Below, one piece after another: positions 42,255-53,055 of a stretch of 64,000 nucleotides of DNA. Position 1 is the first letter of the stretch, and each line of letters starts with the position of its first letter. The DNA lies in the NCBI RefSeq assembly GCF_018350175.1, contig NC_058368.1:122080001-122144000 (forward strand), given 5' to 3'. The position numbers were made by a program, and so were the translations under genes. The stretch is from Felis catus. Taxonomy: Eukaryota. The notes beneath the pieces were generated by a model. That model worked only from the letters and a program-made list of their open reading frames with translations. It had not been told where the DNA came from and made no database searches.

Positions 42255-44069
42255 CTTGGGTAAAAGTGTCCTTTAGCATTTGCATTGCTCTTAGCTGGCG
42301 GAACTTGCCCGCAGCTACCACTTACAATGCAAATTGAGCTTAGAGTCCTTCACACTAACTACACAGCAAAAACCTTTCAGCTTTAAATAGAATACTGCAG
42401 TGTGGAATGATCTGAGCAAAGCAAAGAAAAATTCAGAGATAAATGTGAAGGAGATTTGGGAGGAAAAGAAAAAAAAAAACAAAAACCCACCAAACCCTGA
42501 CATATCTGGCTAGGTAGGAAAATGCCAAAATATTAAAGAAGACAAAAGAAAAGCGAAGTCCATAGAAGGACCCAGAAACTAAGGTCAGATTATGGAGGCA
42601 GTGGAGGAAGGAACTTTGGGGGCAAGCCCTCAACTAACAGGATTTGAACAAAGACTACTTTGATCTGGTGATCTTTCCTGGTGTACTTGGCACTTCCAAG
42701 GTATTCATCAGAAGACAAGGATGGACTATCCCCCCTCTGGCCAGCACCAGTGCATGAATGGTCCCTAAAATGAATAGATGAAGACCACATCTATTGGGAA
42801 AAGAGAACTTCCCTCTCTACCCAACTTCTGCCATTTACATTTTCCAAGTTCCATTTTTTTTTTCTTACCAGACTTTCACTAAGATCAAGAAACCTGAAGG
42901 TTTACTGTGAAATAAAGGTTTTGTTTAGTTTTCATTGTTACGTGTGTGTGATAGAATTTCCTGAGAGATTGATTTAGAAACATTTGAGAGAGCTCTTTGC
43001 TATAAACTCATGCCTCAGTTTTGACTATATGAACCCAGATATTTTAACCAGAATCAGAGTTCCCAAAAACACCATAAAATAAGAACAGAGATTAGGTAAT
43101 ATCTAGGGCCCTGAAAGCACTAAGATGATACTCCTATCATGGCCCTATACACACGGCCCCAATTTGCCCATCTTCCCAGCTCAGTAAGTTTCCTGTGTCG
43201 GCACTTAGAGGCATAATACAACACAGAAGAAAATACGAAGACAGCCCTCTTTCTTTGTTGTCACAAACAGAAAGAAACATCCCCCCCAAAAACCAATAGA
43301 CCCAAGGCCAACTTCTGTCTTGGATAACATGCTCAGACACACAGCAAGTCCTAATCTACCTGGTAAATGAGTCAGTGACAAAGCACTTAAGACTGAGAAA
43401 GAACATCTTAGAGCCACCTTGTCAGCCTGCAAATAACAAGAATCAGCGAGTATGGTGGTTGTATGGGGGAGGGACAGGCTGAACATCTTAAAAGCCATCT
43501 CTAAGCTCCTGAACGCCAGAGCACATACAAGTCTGCTTAATCTGTCTAGCACCATGGACATATTAGGCTGGATGCTTTCCAATAATGATGATGAATGGAG
43601 AATATATTTCAACAGCACTGGGCATTCTTTTTAATCTAAAATTTACAGAGATGTTTATGGACGATGCCACCTTTGCCCCCACATTGTGTGCTTCTTTATT
43701 TCTTCCAGAGTTTGAACTCCTTTCCTACCCCATCCCCATCACATTTTTCCTGGGAGTATTGATCTGATTAAGTATTATAGAAAATTTAGTATCCAAGGAT
43801 AACAAGAATCATCTTAAATTAACATACCTTGCTACATTTTCCTAAAGCCCTTTCACACACGTTTTCTCACGTGGATATTACAACGTGATAATGCAACACT
43901 TTCTATGCGCGGTTAAGGAAAGGGCCTACAGGTAGAAAATGAAAGCGAAGATGTAAAAGTTTGGGCATTTGGGGGGAAAAATGCCTCTACTCTCTATTCA
44001 CACACAAAAGGCAGAATGAGATTCCACCTGCTGACTTTCCGTGCCTGCCTGCTAATGTCAGAACACGCT

Positions 44070-44074
<5 letters not shown>

Positions 44075-44120
<46 letters not shown>
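44075..44120. repeat. (GA)n microsatellite
   Basis: Seen directly. Confidence 0.95.
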
Positions 44121-44122
<2 letters not shown>

Positions 44123-44857
44123 GACAATTTCACCTCTTGGCAAAGCTCAGCTTACTGAACCCTCTTGCTTTCTGCTGGCTGTTGATTCAGCAGAAACTAC
44201 TGCTGCAGAATTCATAATGGTGATTTTAAAGGCCCCACTGATCGCATTGCTCGCCCCACGTGTCGGACTCGTTCGCTCGCTGCTGGAAAGCGGTCTCCCC
44301 AGCTACCTTTTTAGTTCTTGCTAATGCACCTCCAAGGGGAGAGGGGCTCGCCCCTTTGCAAAAGGCCCTTTGGGCTTCTGATTGTCTGAGCAGGTAACCC
44401 GGCCGGAGAGAGAGACGGGCAGGAAATGAAACCATGCCCTCCCTGCAGCCACCGAGAGACACAACATCATTCCGCTCAGGGAGGGGAAGACCTACAATCC
44501 TTCCGGGCCCCTTCCTCGTCTCCACCGCAAGACTCCGGCAAACATCTCGGGGGAGGGGTTCTCTGCCTTCAGGGGGTCATTTTTCCAGTCGGGAGCCCCA
44601 CCCTGAAAAGCCTAATCCCCGAGGGCCATTTTAACTCCCGTGGGCGCCGGGTCCACCTGCTGCTGAACGCCGGGCTCGTCTCGCGGAGCCCGGATGGATG
44701 TGGGGCGCACCGGCCGCTGCCCCCGCGGGCCGAGCCCCCGCCCCAGCCCCGGGCCCGGAGGAGTCTCCGCCGCTCGGCGCCCAGCTGCCCGCCGAGCCCG
44801 GCGATCCGCAACTTGCGCCCCGGCCCCAGCGGCGGAATGCGGCGGGGCTGGCGTTAC

Positions 44858-44927
44858 CTTCGGTCGCATAGCTGTGGTCGCGCAGGAAACTGTTGTTGAT
44901 TTTGCGGGTATCAATGTCCTCCTCCAT
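44858..44927 (-). CDS. PPP2R2B: First coding segment of PP2A B55-beta isoform Bbeta1 (23 codons plus 1 nt, phase-1 donor)
   Basis: Translates to MEEDIDTRKINNSFLRDHSYATE, the recognised N-terminus of PPP2R2B Bbeta1. ATG at 44927-44925; donor GAAG|GTAACG with GT at 44857-44856. The next shared coding exon (ADIISTVEF...) was not found in the window. Confidence 0.97.
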
Positions 44928-44979
44928 TGACAGCAGGCTTACTTGCGTGGGAACCAGAAGCCGGCAGACAAGTATCCAT
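44911..44979 (-). other. uORF2, MDTCLPASGSHASKPAVNGGGH*, overlapping the main ATG out of frame
   Basis: ATC-ATG-G strong Kozak at 44979, 52 nt upstream of the main ATG; TGA at 44913-44911. Confidence 0.7.
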
Positions 44980-45000
44980 GATCCCTCCCCGCAGCCAGTC

Positions 45001-45042
45001 TCACAGGAGAGGGGGGCAGGGGAGCCGGTGGGACTGCACCAT
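45001..45042 (-). other. uORF1, MVQSHRLPCPPLL*
   Basis: ACC-ATG-G optimal Kozak at 45042; TGA at 45003-45001; lies inside the 194-nt exon. Confidence 0.7.
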
Positions 45043-45581
45043 GGTCCGAGCCTGAGGAGGAGACGGGGAGGCGGAGAGAAAAAAAATAAAAACCCGGCAA
45101 TGGAGCTGTCACCTCCTCCACTCGGGATCTCCGAGGCTGCGGCGGCTCCTCCCGCGGTGCGCTCACTCCAGCTCCAATTCCCAGCGAGGATGCTGCGCCC
45201 GGCTCCGCTGCCGCCGGGTGCCAAGATGCGCCGTGCCCCGAGGGGTCCGGGCCCGCCCGCCGCCCGGGAGGCGCTCACAAGCGGGGCTGGGGAGATGCCC
45301 AACAGGTTCCCCACGTTGGCAGCCGCTCCAAAATGCAAAAAAGGTCCCTCCTCCCCCTGGGAGAGCGGGCGGCCGCGACAAAATGGTGCCTTTCTGGACC
45401 CGAGCTGCAGTGGCGAGACGGCTGGGGCCGGATTCGGGCTGGCCCGGCCCGGAGCAGGGTGCCGGTCCCACGGGAGGGCGGCTCCGGCCGGCGGGGGTGA
45501 GGAAGGCGGCGGGGAGCTGGGCAGGGCGCTGCGGCCGGCGCCAGCGCACTCGCCCTCACACCCACACGCGCGCACTCGCAG

Positions 45582-45596
45582 CCGCTGCCGCTGCTG
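45582..45596 (-). repeat. PPP2R2B: Orthologue of the SCA12 CAG repeat, short and interrupted: CAG CAG CGG CAG CGG
   Basis: Minus strand reads CCTCCAGCCTCCTCCTG-CAGCAGCGGCAGCGG-CTGCGAGTGCGCGCG. Flanks and position upstream of the Bbeta1 exon match the human SCA12 locus as recalled. Confidence 0.85.
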
Positions 45597-45901
45597 CAGG
45601 AGGAGGCTGGAGGCGGCTGGTGCATTAAAGGCGAGGCTCCTCCCAACCGCGTCAGCAGCCCCAGGACTCTTCCCCAGCCGCGCTGGTGGCCGAGGCAGAG
45701 GCTGCGGCTGCTCTCTGCTGCAGTGGGGCGCACGCAGCCGCGAACCGGCACCTGGGCAGCAAAGCAGCGAGCTGGCGGGTTCACGTGAAAACCAGAGACG
45801 CGCTCCGGCAACCGCCCTCCTCCGGCGCCACGCAGCCAAGGGCGGCGTTTTTCTCTACCCCCGGAGTCCCCCGCTCGCTGCCGTGCTCCGGACACCTGCG
45901 C

Positions 45902-45922
45902 TTCAGCACCGCAGAGAGAAGT
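45902..45922 (+). promoter_or_regulatory. Candidate RE1/NRSE (REST-binding) site
   Basis: TTCAGCACC-GC-AGAGAG-AAGT versus consensus TTCAGCACC-nn-GGACAG-CGCC: left half perfect, right half degenerate. Confidence 0.45.
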
Positions 45923-48900
45923 AGGTCCCTCTTGGGTAGGCAGGGAGATTGCATCCAGGTCCCTTTCTGCTCACCCCTGTGCGAGGTCTGCGGTGCCTCA
46001 ATCAAGTTAAAGGGCGAGGCCTGGGGTTGGAAGCCTCGGCGAGCAGAGAATGGGAAGAAGGGCTGCCATGGCTTAATTGAAGCCTCCTGTGCTAGGAATA
46101 GAAAGCGGGGCAGGGGCCAGAACTTTTCTGCCACCACGTCCGACTTCCCCATTCCAAACAGAGTCAACACCCGCTTGTAACTGTGGGCGTCTGTGTCCAC
46201 ACAGGCAGAGGGAAGCAGAGGGCTGACTTACGAAGCTAGCCAACACAGTCACTCTGGAAAAGTCCACCTTCCCTAGCCCTTTGCACTTTGTTTTGGACAA
46301 ACGCTGCAGGCCCGGCTGTAGGTCTTGCTTGTGAACAAGGCACAACCCTGCAGGAACCGCTCACGTTTGCTCCCAACAGGGAAGGTGCCTTGGGGCCTGT
46401 GCCCACAGAGAGCCACTGCTACCCTGAGGGGACTTCGAGGATCCAATTAATACAAAAAAAGAGGCCTGCCTCCCTGCTTCACCTAGGAGGAAAATGCAAA
46501 ATTCCCCACCTTCCCCCCACCACCCTCTCCCCCACGTTTTCGAAAATTACAAAACCTGTACTTGAAAGAAAATTTGATCACTACTGTTATGAAACCAGTA
46601 AACATCACTTACGAACATCACAGCTTCGTAAAGCCAAACTGGAAAAGAAATTTGCCCATTTTTCCACTTGTAGAAGGTATTTGTTTCAGTGGGTGTCGCT
46701 GCAGGAAGAGACATCAGCAAACGTCTTGCTCAGTTAAACTCCACAAGTTGAGCTAGATGAGCCCAGAGGGACCTGTGAGTTAATTATATACATACAATGC
46801 TTCGGCTCACACAATTTAGGAAGTATTTGCAGTTCAAAAAAATGGGAAAACAAGTTTTTAACCGAGGTTGGGAATCGCCGTTAGATTTCCACAGAGAGTG
46901 GATGCTTGCGGCAGATGGAAAATGGCACCGTCCCCATCTCCAGAAAGCCAGATGAAGAAGAGAGTAGAAATATTCTTTGATGTAATTTTTAAGGGAAGTT
47001 CAGCTTACGATGGATTTCATTTTATGCTCGTCTGGTGGCTAAGCCTCACAGAATTGTTTGACTACTTGTTCAAATTTCACAAATGAAATTCCAGTAACAA
47101 ATTTAACCCACCACTTCAGCCTCAGCTCATGGTTGGTTCCTCCACATGATGAACTGGACCCATCACCAGGTCTCCGGTGGTCGGCTCATCTGCAGTTACA
47201 CAGTTCAGCTTCTCTTGCCGATCAGCGTTATGGGGAAGGGGCAGGCAGAGGTGGGAAAACGCTAAGTTCCTCTCAAAGTGGTAAGAAGACAGTGTGCCTT
47301 CTGTTGAAATGACTTAAAGGTGTGACAGGAGACCTTGGGACAGTATTTGCAAGTTCTCCCCTTATCTTCCTGGAATGTGGGCTACCTTGGAACAGAGCTG
47401 CATGATGAACTGGGTAGGCCCACTGGCCAGGTTTGTGCTTGAGTAATTTTCCACTCTAACCAATGGGAGAAATATCCCCTGCATAGATTAAGCTTCCTTT
47501 TCATGTTTCCAGCAAAATACCTCCTCTATTTATTCAACAATCCCGGAAAAACAGAGAGATCTCCATGGATTAAGTTGACTCCAACATTTCAACTTTGTGG
47601 ACCACTCTTTTCTCCCATGATCAATGGAGACTAGACCCTGGCTCAAAACCAAAAGGACTGTTGGCTTTGTGCTTGAACACAATGACGTGTGGTAAAGGAG
47701 GTAAGGGTAAAGGTAAGGTAAAGAAGCCCCGTACAATCCTGTGGTGGTAAGAGGACAGTATAGACCATTTCTCAGAAGACCTGCTGAACTTTCTAGTCCT
47801 CCAATATGTCAAATTCTTTTCACAAGCTTTTGAAAGTTGCACATGCCATTCCCTAAGCTCCTTCCTCATGTTCTTGGCACTCTCCAGCATGTCAGCTGAA
47901 CTGTCCCTACTTCACTGAGGCGTTACATGACCAGACCACAGTCTCTTCCTCAGGTATTTTCGGTCTCTACATCTTTTCATATTTTTTGGTGGAGTGGGGG
48001 GGGGGGTGGTGAGTCTTCCTCATGGATCACCACATTCTGTAATAGTTGTTTCCTCATTATTACCAACCGTTCCTAATATATCTCCTATATTAAATGTCTG
48101 GTGCTTAGTAGGTGCTCAATTATATTTGCTGAATGGATGTAAATAAATATTTCTTCAGTGGATTAATTATGGAATTTCTCCAGTTCAGCAAATATTGTAA
48201 TATTTAGGTTTTATAGCTCAATCCTTATTAAAATTCTTGCAAAACCAAACCAAAACAAACAACACCCAACAACAAAACCTGTTGTGAGGCAGTAATCTTC
48301 TACTCTAGTAAGTCCTATTCCAATGGAAGTAATTATCCTACCCATTCTTATATGTATACGGACAAAAATATTTACTGAGCAATATATGGGGATAAAGTTA
48401 AAACAAAACAGTCCCTTTCTTCACAGAACTGAAATTCTTTCATCTGATCTTAAAACATGAGCTTTCTTAGAGATGCAACAAATGCGTTATCAATCAACAG
48501 ACTATAGCATAATGTTAAGTGCTGAGGCTCTGATATCAAGCAAAGCTGATGATTCTCTGGCACTTATTATTGTGTCCTTGAGTAAGTTACAAGTTTCCCC
48601 TAAGGTTTTTTTTAAACCTCTAAATTAGGGAGAAAAAGAGTATCTACCTCATGGAGTTACTGTGAGGATTTAATGAGATTGTGGACTGAATGATCTTGGA
48701 AAGAACATACTGTTGTTACTTGTTGGATATTTACAATCATCCCACCATCAGTAAGGAACAAATAGAAAAGCACCCACTGTCTCAGCCACTAGAATGGGAC
48801 TGTATCAGCAATATCCACGCATTAAATATATAGTCAGTTGGCTGTCATGGAACTTAGTGTCTAATTTACAGTTTATGTAAACGGAGCCATAAGCTACAAA

Positions 48901-49944
48901 AGGGGCAGAAGACACTTTGAAAGGCTGACTGAATTCACAAAAAAGGCCCGTTACAAATACACAGGCTTCTTAGATTACACAATTCGGCATCAGGGCATGT
49001 AGACACGTTCTTTTTTTTCCTCACCCTTGTCATGGCCCCCCTCCCCCAACACTGTCATATACCCTCACCCCGGTTAGGTTAGTGCTGCATTACACTGAAA
49101 CCTTTCAGCTCATCCTGTCCAATTAACACAATAAATATCTACAATTTTATTAAAACCTCTGACCTAAGCCAGTCTGGAGATTCTTAATAGAGGCTTTAGG
49201 TGTCAGGCAGTCCTGGTTTATCCCAGCTCAGGCATTTATAAATTTCATGACCTTTGGCAAGTAATTTAACATCTCTGTGCCTCTGTATTTGCAAAATAGA
49301 AGAAAATAATAGAAACTCCTTCACAGGGTTGTTGAGTTGCTGTACAGACAGCCTAACTGCTTAGGGCTGAGATGCCACTTCTCCCTCCTAGTGGCTCCTG
49401 GGGGTCGCCATCAGCACAGAATTGGAGAGATGCACTAAAGGGCATCATTTAACTGAACAAAAGTGACTTAGAGACCTGAGTTTCACTACCTATCAATCTG
49501 TCTTAATGAACAACTAGAAACTGGGTATAGGAAATTTTACCATCTTGCAAAAAGCCCTCTATAAGCCACAAAGTCCTTTGGAATTAGGATTACCCTATAT
49601 ATGTGCAGACCTAATCACGTTTCTCTGTTGTGGCATTGTACAAAATCCCTCTCTAGGATCAATAAGCACCGACTGTTCAACTGTCTGTCTCAGGTGGTTT
49701 ATATGTTGATTGTCCAGTGGGTAACCTCCTGAGCTTCTAGTGAGGTTTATAATTCCTTTTCGTGCATGCTACCATAGGTAAGAACACTACACAAGGGAAC
49801 CTTTGATATAGCATTTAACCTAGGAAAAGAAAGCAAAACATTTTGCTCTAAAAATGTATTAAATCTAGATTCTGGATACTTAATGGATTTCACAGAGTAA
49901 AATGTTCCTTCAGTTATCCAAGTGGAGTAATTTATGCAAACAAA

Positions 49945-50178
49945 CAGTGGTATGTTGGAACAGCTACGTACTGGCTATTGAGAGCCGAATGGGCCGATTA
50001 CACACATCTATTTCCAGCTCTGCTGTGAGGGACATCATGTTGGTACCTTAAAATCTGAAATCTGCCTTGGTGGGATATTTATATTGTGGAAATTAAAAAA
50101 AAACATATATAAATCAGGGCTTTGGGTTTTTTGTTGTTTGCTTTGAGAGCTGATTGTTAACCATTTACCAGCACACTA
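49945..50178 (+). mobile_element. MER63-like hAT DNA transposon
   Basis: Terminal inverted repeats CAGTGGTATGTTGG ... CCAGCACACTA, with internal GAGAGCCGA / GAGAGCTGATTG. Confidence 0.6.
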
Positions 50179-51279
50179 ATAGCAACGCAGTACTTGCTGA
50201 TATATCTTCCTGCCCATCCCTGCCATCTACACAAAGTTCCTTCCAATTCTCAATACTAAATCTCCCAATCTGTGTCAAATTCCAGAGTATCCCACCACAC
50301 AGCCAAACTTGAGCCATAACGCTAAATGTCTTAAAATCCTACCTTTACTGTGAAGATTTCCCATATCCATCAGAGGAAACTGAAGCCTTTGAGTGATCCT
50401 CCCCAGGCTGGATATGCAATTGGAAGAGGCTGCCCATATAAGGGACCTGACCACATAAGCAACGTCAGGTGCACACCCATTCTCAATGAATCATCCTTTT
50501 CTACTGTTCAAGCTCCACTGCCTCCTTACTTTGGGCCTGGATTTGCCTAAATGCAAAACAGAAACATCCATTCTGCCTGGTTTCATTGATAACTCTTCAA
50601 CATGTCTCATTAGGATATTAACACAATGGGAGAAGAGGAACAAAAATCCAAGAGCCCAGATCTGAGAGGATGAGACCTAATATCCTCTTGTACTTTTTCT
50701 CATTCAATGGTTTCGGAGTTAAATTTAGGCTGTCTTACTCAAGATAGTTTTAATTTGCATAATATTTGTTAGGTATAGGTGAGGATTTACAAAACCAGTT
50801 TGGCAATACTCAAGGGGTAGTTCCTGATTACCTTTCTCAAAAGAAAACTTCACATAACTCAGACAAGAATATATATTGGGAAATATCTTTCAAATTTCTT
50901 TAATATGCCCCAGCAATAACACTTTACAGAATTTATCCTAAGAAAATAATCATAGATGTGGGCAAAAATTTAGCCATCAGGTCATTTCTCAGAGCATTGT
51001 TTCTGGTCATGAAAACTGGAAACCACCTAAATGTCCAACAATAGAATTGACTGGGCAAATTATGGTGGGTACACATAATGGAAAAATATTGAGACATTGA
51101 TAAAATATTAATAGCTAGCACTTCACTTATTGAGCATATATTATGTACTAGGTGCTGTGCAAGGGGTTTTACTAGCATCATCTCATTTAATTCTAATAGT
51201 AGCCCTTGTAAGTACTGTTCTTATCTCCACTTCACTGAGACTGATAGAGATAAATAAGATACCCAAAATCAAACCTGGC

Positions 51280-51282
<3 letters not shown>

Positions 51283-51331
<49 letters not shown>
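51283..51331. repeat. (TG)n microsatellite
   Basis: Seen directly. Confidence 0.95.
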
Positions 51332-51333
<2 letters not shown>

Positions 51334-51364
51334 GGGGTGGGTTAAGGTCACTCTTTTTTGAAAA

Positions 51365-51568
51365 AAATTTTTAATGTTTTATTTATTTTTGAGACAGAGA
51401 GCATGAGCAGGAAAGGGGCAGAGAGAGAGACACACACGGAATCCAAGGCAGGCTCCAGGCTCTGAGCTGTCAGCACAGAGCCCGACGCGGGGCTTGAACC
51501 CATGAACTATGAGATCATGACCTGAGCCGAAGTCAAACGCGTAACCAACTGAGCCACCCAGGCACCCC
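51365..51568 (-). mobile_element. SINEC_Fc-like SINE
   Basis: Full body; TSD GTCACTCTTTTTTGAAA. Confidence 0.95.
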
Positions 51569-51644
51569 AAAGTCACTCTTTTTTGAAAGCGATTTTGATT
51601 TGTCTCTCTTATGAATGAATATCCTCTAAGTTGAAAATCACTTA

Positions 51645-52285
51645 CTCTTGTGTTGGTGAAGTTGTGGCAAAATTGGAACCTTTGCACACTGCTTGTGGGA
51701 TTGTATAATGGTGCAGCAATGAATGGTTTGACAGGTCTTTAAATTGTTAAACACAGCCTATGACCCAGCAATGTCACTTCTAGGTATATACCCAACAGAA
51801 TAGAAAACACTTGTTCACACCAAAACCTATAGATGAATATTCACGATGCAACATTATTCAGGAAAGCCCCAAAGTGGAAATAGTCCAAATGTTCATCAGC
51901 TAATAAATGGATAAAGTGTAACATATCCAGGGGATGAATTTATCATTCAGCTATAAAAAGTAATGAAGTACCAATACATGCTACAACATGGATAAATGGT
52001 GAAAACATACTAAGTGACAAAAGACCTTATATGATTCCATTTATGTGAAATATTCAGGATGGGCAAGTCCATAGAGATAGAAAGTAGATTAGGTGCCAGG
52101 GACTGGGTGGGGGAATGGGAGTAAATGCTTATGGATTAGGGGTTTCTCTCCGGGGTGATGAAAAAGTTCTAAATTAGATAAGGGCAACGGTTGCATAACT
52201 CTGAATATACTAAAACCACTGACTTGCATACTTTAAAAAAGTGAATTTGTATGGTATAGTATCTCAATAAAGCTGTTATTAAAGA
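51645..52285 (+). mobile_element. L1M (L1MB/MC-like) 3-prime end
   Basis: TATGACCCAGCAAT...CTAGGTATATACCCAA; GGGGTGATGAAAAAGTTCTAAAATTAGAT; ends TCTCAATAAAGCTGTT. Confidence 0.85.
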
Positions 52286-52739
52286 TTTAAAAATCTCTGC
52301 TATCATAAGCCACTGTTGCTTCTTGGAGGATGATATATCCTTTGGGCTAATATTGGCGCAGGAAAAATTTAAAGGTATGTAATGACAAGGATAGACGTCT
52401 ATGTTACATTGTTGAGAAAGTCAAAAAACAATGTATACTGACCAATTTCCCCTTTCCTGGTGGAAAAAAAAGTGTGGAAAAATATGTGTTTGTCAAAATC
52501 AATATATAAATGTACTGTGTGGTGGTTATGTGTGGTTATCTTTGTTGTTCATATTTTTGTCAAAGAAAATTTAGGATTTGTATTATTTTTGCAATAAGAA
52601 AATTTTTAAAGTTTTTTTTTAATGTTAAGAAACACTTTTCAAGGTGAAACCTTGTATTGAAAAGGTCAAAAATCATTTTCTCTACATGAGAAAATTGGGA
52701 CATGGATATAAATGTATATGCTACCAAATGCACAAAACT

Positions 52740-53055
52740 ACTCTCTCCAATAGAAATGTAATGCAGGCTACATTTGTAAGTAGTTACTACATCAGCAAGT
52801 GAAAATAAGCAGGTGAAATAATTTTAATAACATTTTTTAATGTTTTAAAAAGTGTTGGAAAAAGATATTTTCTTTAATATATCGAAAATGTTATGACTTC
52901 CACATATAATCAATATGAATTTATTAATGATCTAATTTTACTCTGTTTTTCATTCCAAGTCTTTGAAATCTAGTGTGTATTTTACATATACAGTGCCTCT
53001 CAGAAGGAGCCACATTTCTAGGGCTCAATAACACCACATACCTAGTGGCTACAGC
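52740..53055 (+). mobile_element. MER33-like DNA transposon
   Basis: TCCAATAGAAATGTAATGCAGGCTACAT ... AAGTCTTTGAAATCTAGTGTGTATTTTACA ... TAGTGGCTAC. Confidence 0.7.

Larger units (their letters stand above)
44858..45051 (-). other. PPP2R2B: Complete 194-nt PPP2R2B exon (124-nt leader plus 70 nt coding)
   Basis: Acceptor TTTTTATTTTTTTTCTCTCCGCCTCCCCGTCTCCTCCTCAG|G with AG at 45053-45052. The leader is open in the Bbeta1 frame (LGPWCSPTGSPAPLSCETGCGEGSWILVCRLLVPTQVSLLS), matching N-terminally extended human isoforms as recalled. Confidence 0.88.
44250..46060. promoter_or_regulatory. PPP2R2B: CpG island / Bbeta1 promoter and first exons
   Basis: Sharp rise in GC and CpG content against the CpG-poor flanks. 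Contains GC boxes, E-box TCACGTGA at 45781-45788 and a CRE half-site (TGACG on minus) near 45650. Confidence 0.92.

Noticed and set aside
44631..44857. Continuation of the 402-aa ORF past YATE (GNASPAAF...)
   Set aside because: Read-through into the intron; a canonical donor sits at 44857 and the known protein continues ADIIST in a later exon.
44893..45924. 343-aa plus-strand ORF and other long overlapping ORFs in the CpG island
   Set aside because: Low-complexity Ala/Arg/Gly/Pro content, non-ATG annotated start, and expected in GC-rich DNA. Antisense transcription is possible but coding is unsupported.
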